The translations under genes were made by a program, and so were the position numbers. Below the pieces are notes generated by a model. It did no database searches. It was not told where the DNA came from and was given only the letters and a program-made list of their open reading frames with translations. This document shows positions 33,283 through 42,704 of a DNA stretch of 64,000 bases, in pieces; within the stretch, counting starts at the first letter, position 1, and every line of letters begins with the position of its first letter. Origin of the DNA: Gammaproteobacteria bacterium (GTDB taxonomy: Bacteria; Pseudomonadota; Gammaproteobacteria; Steroidobacterales; Steroidobacteraceae); contig JANNGT010000027.1 in assembly GCA_031404015.1 (NCBI GenBank), forward strand, positions 920-64,919. The letters are read 5' to 3'.

Positions 33283-36127
33283 TAGATCTCTTCTCGCGCG
33301 TGGGTGAAGCCAGCCAACGCACGGCGACGCCGTCCAGTTCCTGCTTCTCGACGAGCGCATCCGCAATGCGAACCAGCACCAGGCGGCGGGCGCGCAGGAA
33401 CGTCACGGCATTGCGATAGGAGTTGCGCAGCAGCGCATCGACCTGCCTGGCCTGCGCCGGCGTGGGTGCCGACGTCCAATGCAGGTTCCCGTCGGAACCG
33501 AAGCCGGACGTGCAGACGACGCTGGTGGCGACCCGCGTGGCGACGGCGAGATCGCTGGTCGGGCCGCCCCCGCAATTCAGGCTGATGTCGTCCTTGCCGT
33601 AGACCACCTCCTCCGCCGCGCGACCCGCAAGGATCGTGCGCATGCGCTCCAGTACCGCCACCCGGGTCATGACGCCGCTTTCGGGCGGCATGGAGGCAGT
33701 GAAGCCGAGGGAGCCGTCCATGCGCGGGATGATCGAAACGAAAGTGAGTTCGGGCGCACCATCCGTGCCGCCGAGCGCCGAAAGCGCGTGGCCTGCCTCA
33801 TGCACGGCGACGCGACGCATGTCTTCGGCGGTTAGGCGTTGCGCGGTGTCCGCTCGACGCGGCCGGCGCGTCACCTCCGCGAGCAGGTCCGCCTGGCTGA
33901 TCTTGCGGCCGTCCTTGCGCGCACGCCGCGCCGCGCCGCGCACGAAGAACTCGACGTCGGCGCCGGTGAGGCCATACGCAAGCTGCGCAAGTCCATTTAC
34001 TCGCACCTCGCGGGCTACGTTGTTCAGCTTGCGGTGCGGCTGCAGGTAGTGCGTAAAGATCTGTTCGAGCGCTGCGACGTTGGGACGCGGCAACTGGATC
34101 ACCTGGTCCAGTCGGCCGGCACGGCGCAGTGCCGGATCAATTTTCTCGAGGTAGTTGGTCGCACCGATCACGATGACGGGCTCGTTCGCGTCGAGCCCCT
34201 GGATCTGCTCGAGCAGCGCATTCACCACCTCGGTCTGGTAAACACCGTTGGAGCCGGAGAACAATTCCCGGTTGCCAATGCTGTCGATCTCGTCGATGAA
34301 GACGATCGCGGGCGCATAGCGCCGGGCCTCTGCAAACGTCTCGCGCATCGCCCGGAGGTGGAGATCGAGCCCGCCCGACGATTGCCACTGCGTCGCGCTG
34401 GCGTGGATGAATTTCACGTCGCACGCATGCGCGATGGCACGTGCCAGGGTCGTCTTGCCGGTGCCCGGCGCGCCGACCAGCAACAGGCCGCGGTCCACCG
34501 CCTGCCAGGGGATGCGCCCTGCGCGCGCCGCGGCGATGTCGGCGATGAGATCTTCCGCCACCTGGCGCGCTTCACCAAGACCGTGCAGGTCCTTGAGCGC
34601 CAGCGAGTCGGCGGCCGACACCTGGGCGATGCGCGCCTGGCAGCGCTCCCGCAGGTAATCCAGCGACTCCGACGCATTCAGCTTGAGCCGCAGTGGCGCG
34701 TGAAAGTCCGAGTGCACCACGTAACGCACCCAATCCGCACCGCCGGCCCGCCAACGTGGCGGGGGCTGTGTGCCGATCACCTGGCGGAAAATCTCGGCGA
34801 ACAGCCGCGTATCGATGCGCGGCAACGTCAGGATCAGGTCCGTGGCGCGACGAAGGGGCTCGGGCACGTCCGCGCGTCGCGCGCACCCGATGAACACTGG
34901 TGGTGCACCGACCGCCAGCTGGTGCGACGTCCACTCCGCGTCCCACAGGGCTCGGTAAGCATGAAACGAAATCACGTGCAGTGCGGGCGCGGGCACTCGG
35001 GTATCGACCCAGCACCGTGTGTCGTCTCCCGTCACGGCGGCAGCGTGTCGGGTGTGTTCTTCGGGAAACCCGGCACGTGTCGGATCGAGCAGGCCCACCA
35101 CGATGTCTTCCACGAAGGCGATATCCGATTCGATCACAATGATCGGCGCGGACTCCTGCACAAAACGCGCGAGCTGGCCGATCGGGCCGGCGGGATGCGA
35201 CTGTGTGTTGAAGCGCTGCAGCAGACGATGGCCAAGGGCCCCGCGAATCGCGTCGACCAGCAGGACGGAAACGAACGCTTCCGTGACCGACAGATCGCTA
35301 CCGGCCTTGGCTTCGGTGTCCGTTTCGGCGAGCCGCGCCCTCGCCTCGCGCGCAATCTCGATGATGTCTTTCTTCGCGGCAGGCGGAACGACCTCGTCGT
35401 CTTCCGGTGGCGGCTGGAGGGTCGGGCACTTCGGCGTGGTAACCACGCCGAGCGCAGCCAAGGGCGTGTCGTCGACCATTTCGATCTCGCCATCGGGCGT
35501 GACCAGGAAGGTCGACGCATACAGCACGTCCGCATACGCCACCGTCGCTTGAACGCGGAACCTGCCGTCCGTCGCCGCAATTTCCTGCTGCAGAGGTGTC
35601 CAGAGCTGCCGCAGCATCGCGATCTGACCCGCAGCGGCCGCGTCGGCGCCTGGCGCCACCTCGAGCCCGATTTCCTCCGGTGCTTCGATCACCACGAACG
35701 CGCCATGCTCGCCACGGATCGCAAAGAGAAAGAATCGCACGTAGTCGAGTAGCGTAACGTCGGTCAGCGCCAGCGATTCCAAGGCATTGACGAGATGCAC
35801 TGGCGTCGACTGGCCGTTGAGCATGTGCGTGCCGGCCGGGCCGTGCAGAAGCAACGCCCGATCGACGCCGGCCACGCCCAGCATCCGGACATCGACGAGA
35901 TCGTGATTCGAATAAAACGGCAGCCGCGCAAACCGAGCATGCAACAGGCTAGCGCTGGCAAACGCAGTTGGCCGGGCCATGGCCAGTTCCTTCAGGACGT
36001 CCTCAGCGACGTCGGCCTGGCACGGTTCCCAGGAGATGCTCGGCCCCAACGTGCGTTCCAACACCGCATCTCCGCTCAGGTTGTTGGTCCCGACAGTAGC
36101 GGTTGGCAGGGCGGCGCAGCAAGACAT
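33266..36127 (-). CDS. Soluble FtsH-like AAA+ ATPase / M41 zinc metalloprotease with large N-terminal region of unknown function
   Basis: Walker A LLVGAPGTGKTTLA, Walker B IVFIDEIDS, GATNYLEKIDPALRRAGRLD, the zinc motif VHEAGHAL, GRAAEE and SDLAVAT. No TM helices seen. Start is the ATG at 36127 (alternative 35980). The ORF upstream of that, to 36661, looks non-coding. Confidence 0.8.
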   Translation of the reverse strand: MSCCAALPTATVGTNNLSGDAVLERTLGPSISWEPCQADVAEDVLKELAMARPTAFASASLLHARFARLPFYSNHDLVDVRMLGVAGVDRALLLHGPAGTHMLNGQSTPVHLVNALESLALTDVTLLDYVRFFLFAIRGEHGAFVVIEAPEEIGLEVAPGADAAAAGQIAMLRQLWTPLQQEIAATDGRFRVQATVAYADVLYASTFLVTPDGEIEMVDDTPLAALGVVTTPKCPTLQPPPEDDEVVPPAAKKDIIEIAREARARLAETDTEAKAGSDLSVTEAFVSVLLVDAIRGALGHRLLQRFNTQSHPAGPIGQLARFVQESAPIIVIESDIAFVEDIVVGLLDPTRAGFPEEHTRHAAAVTGDDTRCWVDTRVPAPALHVISFHAYRALWDAEWTSHQLAVGAPPVFIGCARRADVPEPLRRATDLILTLPRIDTRLFAEIFRQVIGTQPPPRWRAGGADWVRYVVHSDFHAPLRLKLNASESLDYLRERCQARIAQVSAADSLALKDLHGLGEARQVAEDLIADIAAARAGRIPWQAVDRGLLLVGAPGTGKTTLARAIAHACDVKFIHASATQWQSSGGLDLHLRAMRETFAEARRYAPAIVFIDEIDSIGNRELFSGSNGVYQTEVVNALLEQIQGLDANEPVIVIGATNYLEKIDPALRRAGRLDQVIQLPRPNVAALEQIFTHYLQPHRKLNNVAREVRVNGLAQLAYGLTGADVEFFVRGAARRARKDGRKISQADLLAEVTRRPRRADTAQRLTAEDMRRVAVHEAGHALSALGGTDGAPELTFVSIIPRMDGSLGFTASMPPESGVMTRVAVLERMRTILAGRAAEEVVYGKDDISLNCGGGPTSDLAVATRVATSVVCTSGFGSDGNLHWTSAPTPAQARQVDALLRNSYRNAVTFLRARRLVLVRIADALVEKQELDGVAVRWLASPTREKRSTTRSS

Positions 36128-36217
36128 CCTGCTTTCAGGCACTGGAGTCCCACGGTATAAGGCAAGCAATACCTGCGGCCGACGGCCGTTACGGCCAGGC
36201 AGACATGGGGGGACGCG

Positions 36218-36766
36218 ATGATTGGCATGGAAGTCGTGCCGCTGCTCTTTTTCACGATCGGGGCAGCCTGCAGCTGGCTCGTGGCCTGGCCCGGCGGACT
36301 GGCGCTGAAGGCGCTGGCACGCGCTCAGCGGTGGGACGGCGAACCCACTTTCAAGGCAGTTCGTCGGGCGGTCTTCTGGGCGTTGATGGCACACCTTGCC
36401 GTCGCGGGCGGCCTGGACGCGCTCGCCGGTACCCGGCACTCGCTGATGGCCGTCCTGCCTGTGCTCAACAAAGCGCAATGCGCTCCGTATTGCTTCTCTT
36501 GGACGCCGGCGGAAGAAATGAAATCCGGCATTCGGACCGTCGATGACTACTACCGGACCGTCGTCGGCTCGGGCAGTGCGGCGTGGCTCCGGTACCTGGC
36601 TTGGCAAGTACCCGGCATCGTCGCGGCATTCCTGGCGCTCGTCTCGTTGAACCCCTGGCAAGCCGCGGGTACGCGTAGCCTGCTCGGCCTGGGAGGGGTC
36701 ACCCTGCTGTCCGTCGGTCTCGGGCTCGCCTTTGCAATGACGTTCGTGGTGGGCGCCATGATCTAG
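36218..36766 (+). CDS. Hypothetical polytopic membrane protein
   Basis: 182 aa with 4-5 hydrophobic helices. Divergent from the FtsH-like gene. Confidence 0.55.
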   Translation: MIGMEVVPLLFFTIGAACSWLVAWPGGLALKALARAQRWDGEPTFKAVRRAVFWALMAHLAVAGGLDALAGTRHSLMAVLPVLNKAQCAPYCFSWTPAEEMKSGIRTVDDYYRTVVGSGSAAWLRYLAWQVPGIVAAFLALVSLNPWQAAGTRSLLGLGGVTLLSVGLGLAFAMTFVVGAMI

Positions 36767-36800
36767 TTTCTCGTCCTCGATTGACCGGCATGGCCTCCGG

Positions 36801-37346
36801 TCAGCGTGCGATAAAAGTCGTTGCGCCCCGCACGTCGCCGGGCCTGAGCTCCCAAGTCACACCTTGGATCGACTTCGAACTGCGCACCGTCGTGTAGCGA
36901 CGGTTGTGCCAATCGAGATCGAAGATGCGCTGCCAGCTTGTCGCAATCCGGCGCCGGTCCGGGCGTTCCTCAAACCTTCTTTCATCGGCCAGCGACGTCG
37001 GCAGATACCAGCCGTTCAGCACGTAATGCCATAGTTCGAAGTCAGAACGCAGCAGTCGCACGTCGTCCAGTTCGAGTTCGATACGTACGCCGCGGGTGCC
37101 CGCGGGCAGGTGACCTCGAGCCCTCAGATCGGGCTTTGACCGCTCCGCTCCCCGCCACTGGCACCAGACCCAGATGGGCGCCTGCCCGGCGTTTGCAGGC
37201 GGCCCCAGGCGAGCGCGCATCACGTCGGACATCCATTGGTACGCGCGAGCCCAATCGTGCGGGGCGTTGCTCGCGCGTGCGCGCCAGGTCTGCCCGGATA
37301 GAAGCGCCGCCAGCACGTCGGGAGTCTGGATCGTCCATGCACGCAT
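36801..37346 (-). CDS. DUF3841 family protein (tentative)
   Basis: MRAWTIQTPDVLAALLSG...PIWVWCQW...ELELDDVRLLRSDFELWHYVLNGWYL resembles DUF3841. ATG at 37346 preferred over GTG at 37379. Confidence 0.55.
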   Translation of the reverse strand: MRAWTIQTPDVLAALLSGQTWRARASNAPHDWARAYQWMSDVMRARLGPPANAGQAPIWVWCQWRGAERSKPDLRARGHLPAGTRGVRIELELDDVRLLRSDFELWHYVLNGWYLPTSLADERRFEERPDRRRIATSWQRIFDLDWHNRRYTTVRSSKSIQGVTWELRPGDVRGATTFIAR

Positions 37347-37459
37347 CGTTCTTTGGACCGGCACACCGAGGGTGCTCACAAGCTAGCACGCAGCCTGTGG
37401 CGCTGTCGTTTCGCTGCCTGTTCTGAGATGCTGCCGATCGGCCAGGCAAGAGGCGGGAC

Positions 37460-40294
37460 ATGGTCGACTTACAGCACCGCTCGACGAGACGCATCAAGCC
37501 GCTGCAAGCCCTGCTCCTGGTCGGGATGACGCTGGCATGGCTAGCGCCTGTGCAGGCCGCGACCTGGATCGAACAGGCGCAGGCCGACCTGACGTGCACG
37601 GGACAGGCTGATGCATCGGAGCGGCTCGCCCTCGATGCCCCATGGCTGCCAACGCCCGTCGACGCGAAGAATGCCACCGCCTATTTTCGCGGCAAACCCC
37701 AGAACGCGCGGCAGGCAAAATTCCGTCACCTCACGCTGCTCGCCGCCGTGGGTTGGTGGGCCGATCTCGTCAACGACCAGACGCTGCGACAGGACGTTTA
37801 CTTGACGATTGGCTCGATGGCGGATCGCTATGCGACCGCGAGCGATGGCTTGCTGTTCACGCAGATCGCGCGCTGTGCGCGCACTCACATGATCAGCACG
37901 CAGGTCGAACTCGAACGGCCACAGGCAGCCGCAGAACTGGCGCGGCAGCTGGCGATGCTCTATCCGTCCGCGGCCCCTGCCCACTCTGTTGAGGACTGGC
38001 CACTGATTCTTGCGTTGCGTGAGCTGCGACTGGAGCCCGACGCCCGAGCAGGCATTGAAGAACTCACGGCTCGCTCGACTCGTTACGGCGAAAGCGCGGT
38101 CGGTGCGGGGCAAGCGGATCGTGCGAGTCGATGGCTGGGGGCTGCGGCTGCCGGAACTCTGGCGCTTGGGGCAGCAGACCGCGCCCAGCAGCTCGCGCTG
38201 CGATCAATAGCCGTGACCGGCAAGTCAAGCGATGCGAATGCGGTGTGGCGGGCGTTTCCAACCGTCTACGATGCTGCGGCGAAGCTCGGTGGCGCGGTCG
38301 ACGTCCCCACCCTTGGCTCAATGCTGTCGTCGCCGACACCGCAGGGATCGCTTAACGATCACCAGGCTGTGTTCGATTCGATTTTGCGTTTGTCGAAAGT
38401 CGCCGAAGCGAAGCAGCAGTTCGACGACATGGCCCGCCTGCAGCAGGTCGCTGCCCACGAACTCGCGCAGCAACGCGGCCTTGAGCGCTACCCGATGCCT
38501 TTCTACCGTTACGCGCTCGAACAATTGGCGCTCGGGCGCGACGCGGACCTCGGCACTCTCTCTCGGCGCGATCCTGCCTTTGCGTCGCGCACGCTCGCGA
38601 TCTACACGGGACTGTACGACAAGCTGCTGGCACAGGCTCAGACGCAATTCGTTGCGGATGCACGCGAGCAATTGTTCTTCCAGTACAAGATCGACAACAG
38701 CCTGCATGCGCTTGCCGAACTTTCGTCGGCGATGCCTCGCTCGGCGCCAGAGATCACAGACACTGCATTTCGGCTGGCGCAGCTGCGGTCTTACGGTCGG
38801 CTGACGCTCGCTACCCTGGCGGGGGAACTATCGCGCACCCGCCTCGATCCGCAAACCAGATTCAGCGTCGAACGCTTTTTCTCGCTGGCGACGCAGACCT
38901 CCGTCTGGTTGCGCAAGTTGCTGGGCAAGCTGCAGGTAGCGGCGGAAACTCCCCTGCCCGATGGCGAGAAACTTTGGACGGCCTTCTTCACGCTCGACGT
39001 CTTCTACAACGAAACGAGTCGCGAGTTCGCACGCTACACAGAGTTTGTCCGGCAGCAAGCGCCAGCCATCGCAGAGCTCGCCACACCGCATCCGCTGGCG
39101 CTTCGCGACTTCCAGCGCCGGCTGCGTCCCGGCGAGGCGATCGTCGCCACGCTCGTGACGCCGCTCGACCTTTACGTCTGGGCGGTTACGCCGGACAAGG
39201 CCGTCATGACCCGGCAGCGTGTGACCGAGCGCGAGCTGCGTGCAAAAATTCAGCGTCTGCGTGCCGGGCTTACGCCGGGCAGCGGTGGCGCGCTGCCGCC
39301 TTTCGATGCGGCGGCGGCTCACGAACTGTACCGACTGGTGTTTGAGCCGGTCGCGAAGACACTGCAGGGCGTCACGGAAGTCAGCTGGTACGGCCACGGG
39401 CCGCTCGGCGCCGTGCCGCCGGCCGTGCTCGTCAGTGCACCGCCGACCAAGCCGCTGCTGCGCACGCCGGCCGAGTTCAAACAGACCGCATTCCTCGTCG
39501 ACCGCTATGCGTTTGCAGCGCTCGCGGACCTGTCGCTGTTCGCCTGGCATCGCGACAAGTCACAGCCGCCACGCAGCCAGCAACGTTTCCTTGGGGTGGG
39601 TGCGCCATTGCTGACGTCCGCTGAGGTCGCGGGCGGTCCGCGTTCTCGGTCGTATGAACTTGCGGGGGGTCTCGACGGCAAGGCGCTGTCCGCATTGCCC
39701 AAGCTCGCCGAAGCGATCGACGAAATGCGCGGGCTCGCCGGCATCGTCGGTGAAGCCAATGCGACGCTGTGGCTGGGTCCCGATGCGGACGAGCAACGGT
39801 TCGTCGGCGACGCGCTGCGTGGATACGGACTCATCGCGCTGGCCACGCACGGCTTCCTGCCCGGCGAAGTGCGGGACGTGCCCGAGCCTTCGCTGATGCT
39901 GGCCCTGGCGCCCGATCGCCAGGATCGATTCGACGGACTGCTGACGAGCCGTGAGATCGCGTTGCTGCAACTCGACGCGCCGCTGGTGATCCTGTCGGCC
40001 TGCAACACGGCCAGTGCGGACGGAAGGCCGCGCGGCGAGACGTTTACTGGTCTGACGCAGGCATTTTTCAATGCCGGGGCGCGTTCACTGATGGTAAGCC
40101 ACTGGCCCGTCATGTCGGGCGCGGCGGTGCAACTATCGGTGAGCACAATTGAGCGCTCGCAAACGCCAAACGCAACGCTGTCGAAGAGCCTGCAGCAGGC
40201 GATGCAGGCCGCTCGCAAGGCAGGCGCGGCCAGCGCGATCGAGGCCCACCCGTCGTTCTGGGGGCCGTTCGTAATCGTGGGCGACGGTCGCTAG
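37460..40294 (+). CDS. Secreted CHAT-domain (caspase-like) protease with long helical-repeat N-terminal region
   Basis: Sec signal LLLVGMTLAWLAPVQA. C-terminal CHAT domain with His (LIALATHGF) and Cys (LVILSACNTA) dyad and the SLMVSHWPV tail motif. 944 aa. Confidence 0.85.
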   Translation: MVDLQHRSTRRIKPLQALLLVGMTLAWLAPVQAATWIEQAQADLTCTGQADASERLALDAPWLPTPVDAKNATAYFRGKPQNARQAKFRHLTLLAAVGWWADLVNDQTLRQDVYLTIGSMADRYATASDGLLFTQIARCARTHMISTQVELERPQAAAELARQLAMLYPSAAPAHSVEDWPLILALRELRLEPDARAGIEELTARSTRYGESAVGAGQADRASRWLGAAAAGTLALGAADRAQQLALRSIAVTGKSSDANAVWRAFPTVYDAAAKLGGAVDVPTLGSMLSSPTPQGSLNDHQAVFDSILRLSKVAEAKQQFDDMARLQQVAAHELAQQRGLERYPMPFYRYALEQLALGRDADLGTLSRRDPAFASRTLAIYTGLYDKLLAQAQTQFVADAREQLFFQYKIDNSLHALAELSSAMPRSAPEITDTAFRLAQLRSYGRLTLATLAGELSRTRLDPQTRFSVERFFSLATQTSVWLRKLLGKLQVAAETPLPDGEKLWTAFFTLDVFYNETSREFARYTEFVRQQAPAIAELATPHPLALRDFQRRLRPGEAIVATLVTPLDLYVWAVTPDKAVMTRQRVTERELRAKIQRLRAGLTPGSGGALPPFDAAAAHELYRLVFEPVAKTLQGVTEVSWYGHGPLGAVPPAVLVSAPPTKPLLRTPAEFKQTAFLVDRYAFAALADLSLFAWHRDKSQPPRSQQRFLGVGAPLLTSAEVAGGPRSRSYELAGGLDGKALSALPKLAEAIDEMRGLAGIVGEANATLWLGPDADEQRFVGDALRGYGLIALATHGFLPGEVRDVPEPSLMLALAPDRQDRFDGLLTSREIALLQLDAPLVILSACNTASADGRPRGETFTGLTQAFFNAGARSLMVSHWPVMSGAAVQLSVSTIERSQTPNATLSKSLQQAMQAARKAGAASAIEAHPSFWGPFVIVGDGR

Positions 40295-41193
40295 CGGGGC
40301 GACGGGCCCCAGAGCACCCAGTCGCCGATCGAACCGGCGAGTGGATCGCCAGCACGTATCAGCGGCCGCAAGCGTTCGAAACTCTCCAGCTTCCAGCGGC
40401 CGTCATCGAGACGCGCGAGCCACACGGCCTGAGCGGTGACCCCGAGACTGGTCGAGTCGGTCGCGAGTTCCGACGGCACCACGGGACCGGCCGCAACAGC
40501 CTCGAGCGTGCCTGCATAGCCGCGGTTGGCTGCGTCGGTGACCGTGATGGTGTACTGGCCAGGGTCGAGGGACACGTCGTCGAGGCGCACTTGCCAACCT
40601 TCGATCGATTCGCGGTAGACGAGACTGTCGCGCCCTGACAGCACGCGCACTTCGAAAGGCGGACAGCCACCGCGCCAGGCGAGCGGCAGGTCGCGCTGGC
40701 CCGAGACGATGCGGGCACCCGCCACCAGGATCGGGACGGCAATCGCCGGCACGGCGCTGCCGTCCTTGCCGCAAGACTCGCCGCCGCGCGAGGCAGCCGT
40801 GCCGTCGAGTCGATACTCGTCATCCAACAGGATCGGGAGCAAGGACTGGAAGATTACAGCCAACTTGCCAAGCGGCTGCGCATCGGGGATGACGAAAGCG
40901 CCGGGCCCCTTGAGGTTGAGTGTCTCGTTGCTCGCGAGCTGGACGGTCACCGCAGCGCCCGCCGGCAACGCCAGACGATCGCCAGCCATGACGACGGTGC
41001 CGATTTGCACCTGGACCTTCTCGCCCTTTGGCAATCGCGTCAGCGTATGTCGCGCCGCCGCAGGCCGGTAGTTGCCGATCACGCCGACGCCGGCATCGCT
41101 GGCAGCCTCTGCGCCGTGCAGGAGCAGTGACGGGAGTCCCGCGGCAAGCAGGGCGGCCAAGGCCAAGGTGCAGCGGTATCGCTTGAGTCCCAC
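40291..41193 (-). CDS. Secreted FecR-domain protein with extra C-terminal domain
   Basis: Signal peptide LALAALLAAGLPSLLLHGAEA. FecR-like VQIGTVVMAGDRLALPAGAAVTVQLASNETLNLKGPGAF. GTG at 41193 lies 1 nt after the CHASE2 stop, with AAGGAG upstream. Confidence 0.7.
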   Translation of the reverse strand: MGLKRYRCTLALAALLAAGLPSLLLHGAEAASDAGVGVIGNYRPAAARHTLTRLPKGEKVQVQIGTVVMAGDRLALPAGAAVTVQLASNETLNLKGPGAFVIPDAQPLGKLAVIFQSLLPILLDDEYRLDGTAASRGGESCGKDGSAVPAIAVPILVAGARIVSGQRDLPLAWRGGCPPFEVRVLSGRDSLVYRESIEGWQVRLDDVSLDPGQYTITVTDAANRGYAGTLEAVAAGPVVPSELATDSTSLGVTAQAVWLARLDDGRWKLESFERLRPLIRAGDPLAGSIGDWVLWGPSPR

Positions 41194-41194
41194 G

Positions 41195-42634
41195 TCAGTC
41201 TCCTTGCCCACCAGGTGATTTGTGCTCGCGGCGCCAGCCCGCACCTAGCGCACGCCACCAGCCGGCGGGACCAGCGGGAAATCGTGGGCGCCGCTCGTTC
41301 AGTTCCTCGACGGACTTGCCCGCCGTTGCCAATGCCTTGTACGCAATCGACAGCAAGATAGCCGCTTCGAGCGCGTCGAACACGAGCAGGCTGTCGAACA
41401 GCGCAAGCAGCACGGCGACGATCATCAGAACGCCGGTCGTGATCGCAATGACTGCGCCGAACCCGCGCAGCCACCACTCCACGAGCACGAACAGCGCGAA
41501 CAGCAGCAGCGCGACGACACGATAGGCCAGGTTCGCCGACCAACCGTGTCTCTCGGCCTGCAGCGGTGTGTAACGCACGGTGTTGGCCAGCAACTCGACG
41601 CCCGGCAGCACTCCGCTCGGTGTCATCCAGAAATCGCCGGAGCTCGAATGGGTCGCGCCGATGAAGACGACGCGGTCGCGGAACAAGCGCGCGTCGTCTC
41701 GGGCGATCTCCGGATCTAGCAGCAGCGTCGCCGATATAGCTTGCGCTTCCGTTCGCGGAGCGGCCCGCGCCTCGCCGGTCAGACGCGGCCCGATCAACAG
41801 ACGTTGCGCATTGCCATCGGGCGATTCCGCGACCCCGCACGACGACTGTGACGCAGCGGGCGGCACGACGCGGTCCAGTCCGGGCAATGGGGTCGCCAAA
41901 TTGGCTGCCAGGCTCATAGCCATGGAGGGCAGCCACTGCAACCCGCCTGCCGAACAGATTGGCAGCCAGCGTTGCCAGGTGCGTACCGCCCCGCCGCCGC
42001 CCGTTTCGAAACTGGCGTGCGCCCACGCAAGGTGCGCGTTCTTTGCGACTACCGCATCGAACGGGCTTGCGGTTGCACGTCGGGTGCCGTCCTGCGCCGT
42101 CTCGACACGCTTCGGCAGGACGATCAGCACCGGTCCCGCGTATAGGGCAAGAAACTCATGCAGCGCGAGCGAGCCTGCGTCGGCGCTGGCAGCCGACAGC
42201 TCGCCGCCAGACAAGTCGATGTCCACAACGACAGCGCTGGGGGCCGCCTGCGTTACCACTTGCAGCAACCGCACCAATTGATCGCGGGGCGTGATCGGCG
42301 GCGCACCCCAGGCCCGGTGGGTCTCGGCGTCGATGTCGACAATGGTCACCGGCACGGTCCGGTCCGACTCGAACCAGCCCCGCGAGAGCGCGCGCAGCGC
42401 GGTGTCGGGATTGAAGGGAGCGTCAGCCAGCCAATCGGCCACGCGGTTGTGTTGCACGGTGCCCAGCAAAGCGAAAGTGCCAGCGATCAACGCTGCCAGC
42501 GTGGTGGCCCGGATGAAGTCACTGCGCGGGTCCGTGTCTATGCCCAGCGTGACTCGCACGCGACGCACGAGCCGCGACATAAGGGTCGCTGATCTTTCTT
42601 TTGCGCGGCGCTTACCCCGTGTCTCGACGTTCAT
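41195..42634 (-). CDS. Stand-alone CHASE2 sensor-domain membrane protein without recognisable output domain
   Basis: N-terminal TM, then VTIVDIDAETH...PRDQLVRLL...VVVDIDL...VVFIGATHSSSGDFWMTPSGVLPGVELLANTV is a CHASE2 pattern. Three or four C-terminal TM helices and a short tail follow. Confidence 0.8.
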   Translation of the reverse strand: MNVETRGKRRAKERSATLMSRLVRRVRVTLGIDTDPRSDFIRATTLAALIAGTFALLGTVQHNRVADWLADAPFNPDTALRALSRGWFESDRTVPVTIVDIDAETHRAWGAPPITPRDQLVRLLQVVTQAAPSAVVVDIDLSGGELSAASADAGSLALHEFLALYAGPVLIVLPKRVETAQDGTRRATASPFDAVVAKNAHLAWAHASFETGGGGAVRTWQRWLPICSAGGLQWLPSMAMSLAANLATPLPGLDRVVPPAASQSSCGVAESPDGNAQRLLIGPRLTGEARAAPRTEAQAISATLLLDPEIARDDARLFRDRVVFIGATHSSSGDFWMTPSGVLPGVELLANTVRYTPLQAERHGWSANLAYRVVALLLFALFVLVEWWLRGFGAVIAITTGVLMIVAVLLALFDSLLVFDALEAAILLSIAYKALATAGKSVEELNERRPRFPAGPAGWWRALGAGWRREHKSPGGQGD

Positions 42635-42704
42635 TTGCTAGTCCCCGGCAGCCGCCCCATCATGCCCGAGTTCCCGGGTTCTGCCGAATGACAGAGGATC
42701 GCGG

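Noticed and set aside
36128-36661. N-terminal 178 codons of the 1131-aa ORF containing the FtsH-like gene.
   Set aside because: This part is Arg/Pro/Gly-rich and overlaps the divergent membrane-protein gene at 36218..36766. A protein-like sequence begins only around the ATG at 36127.
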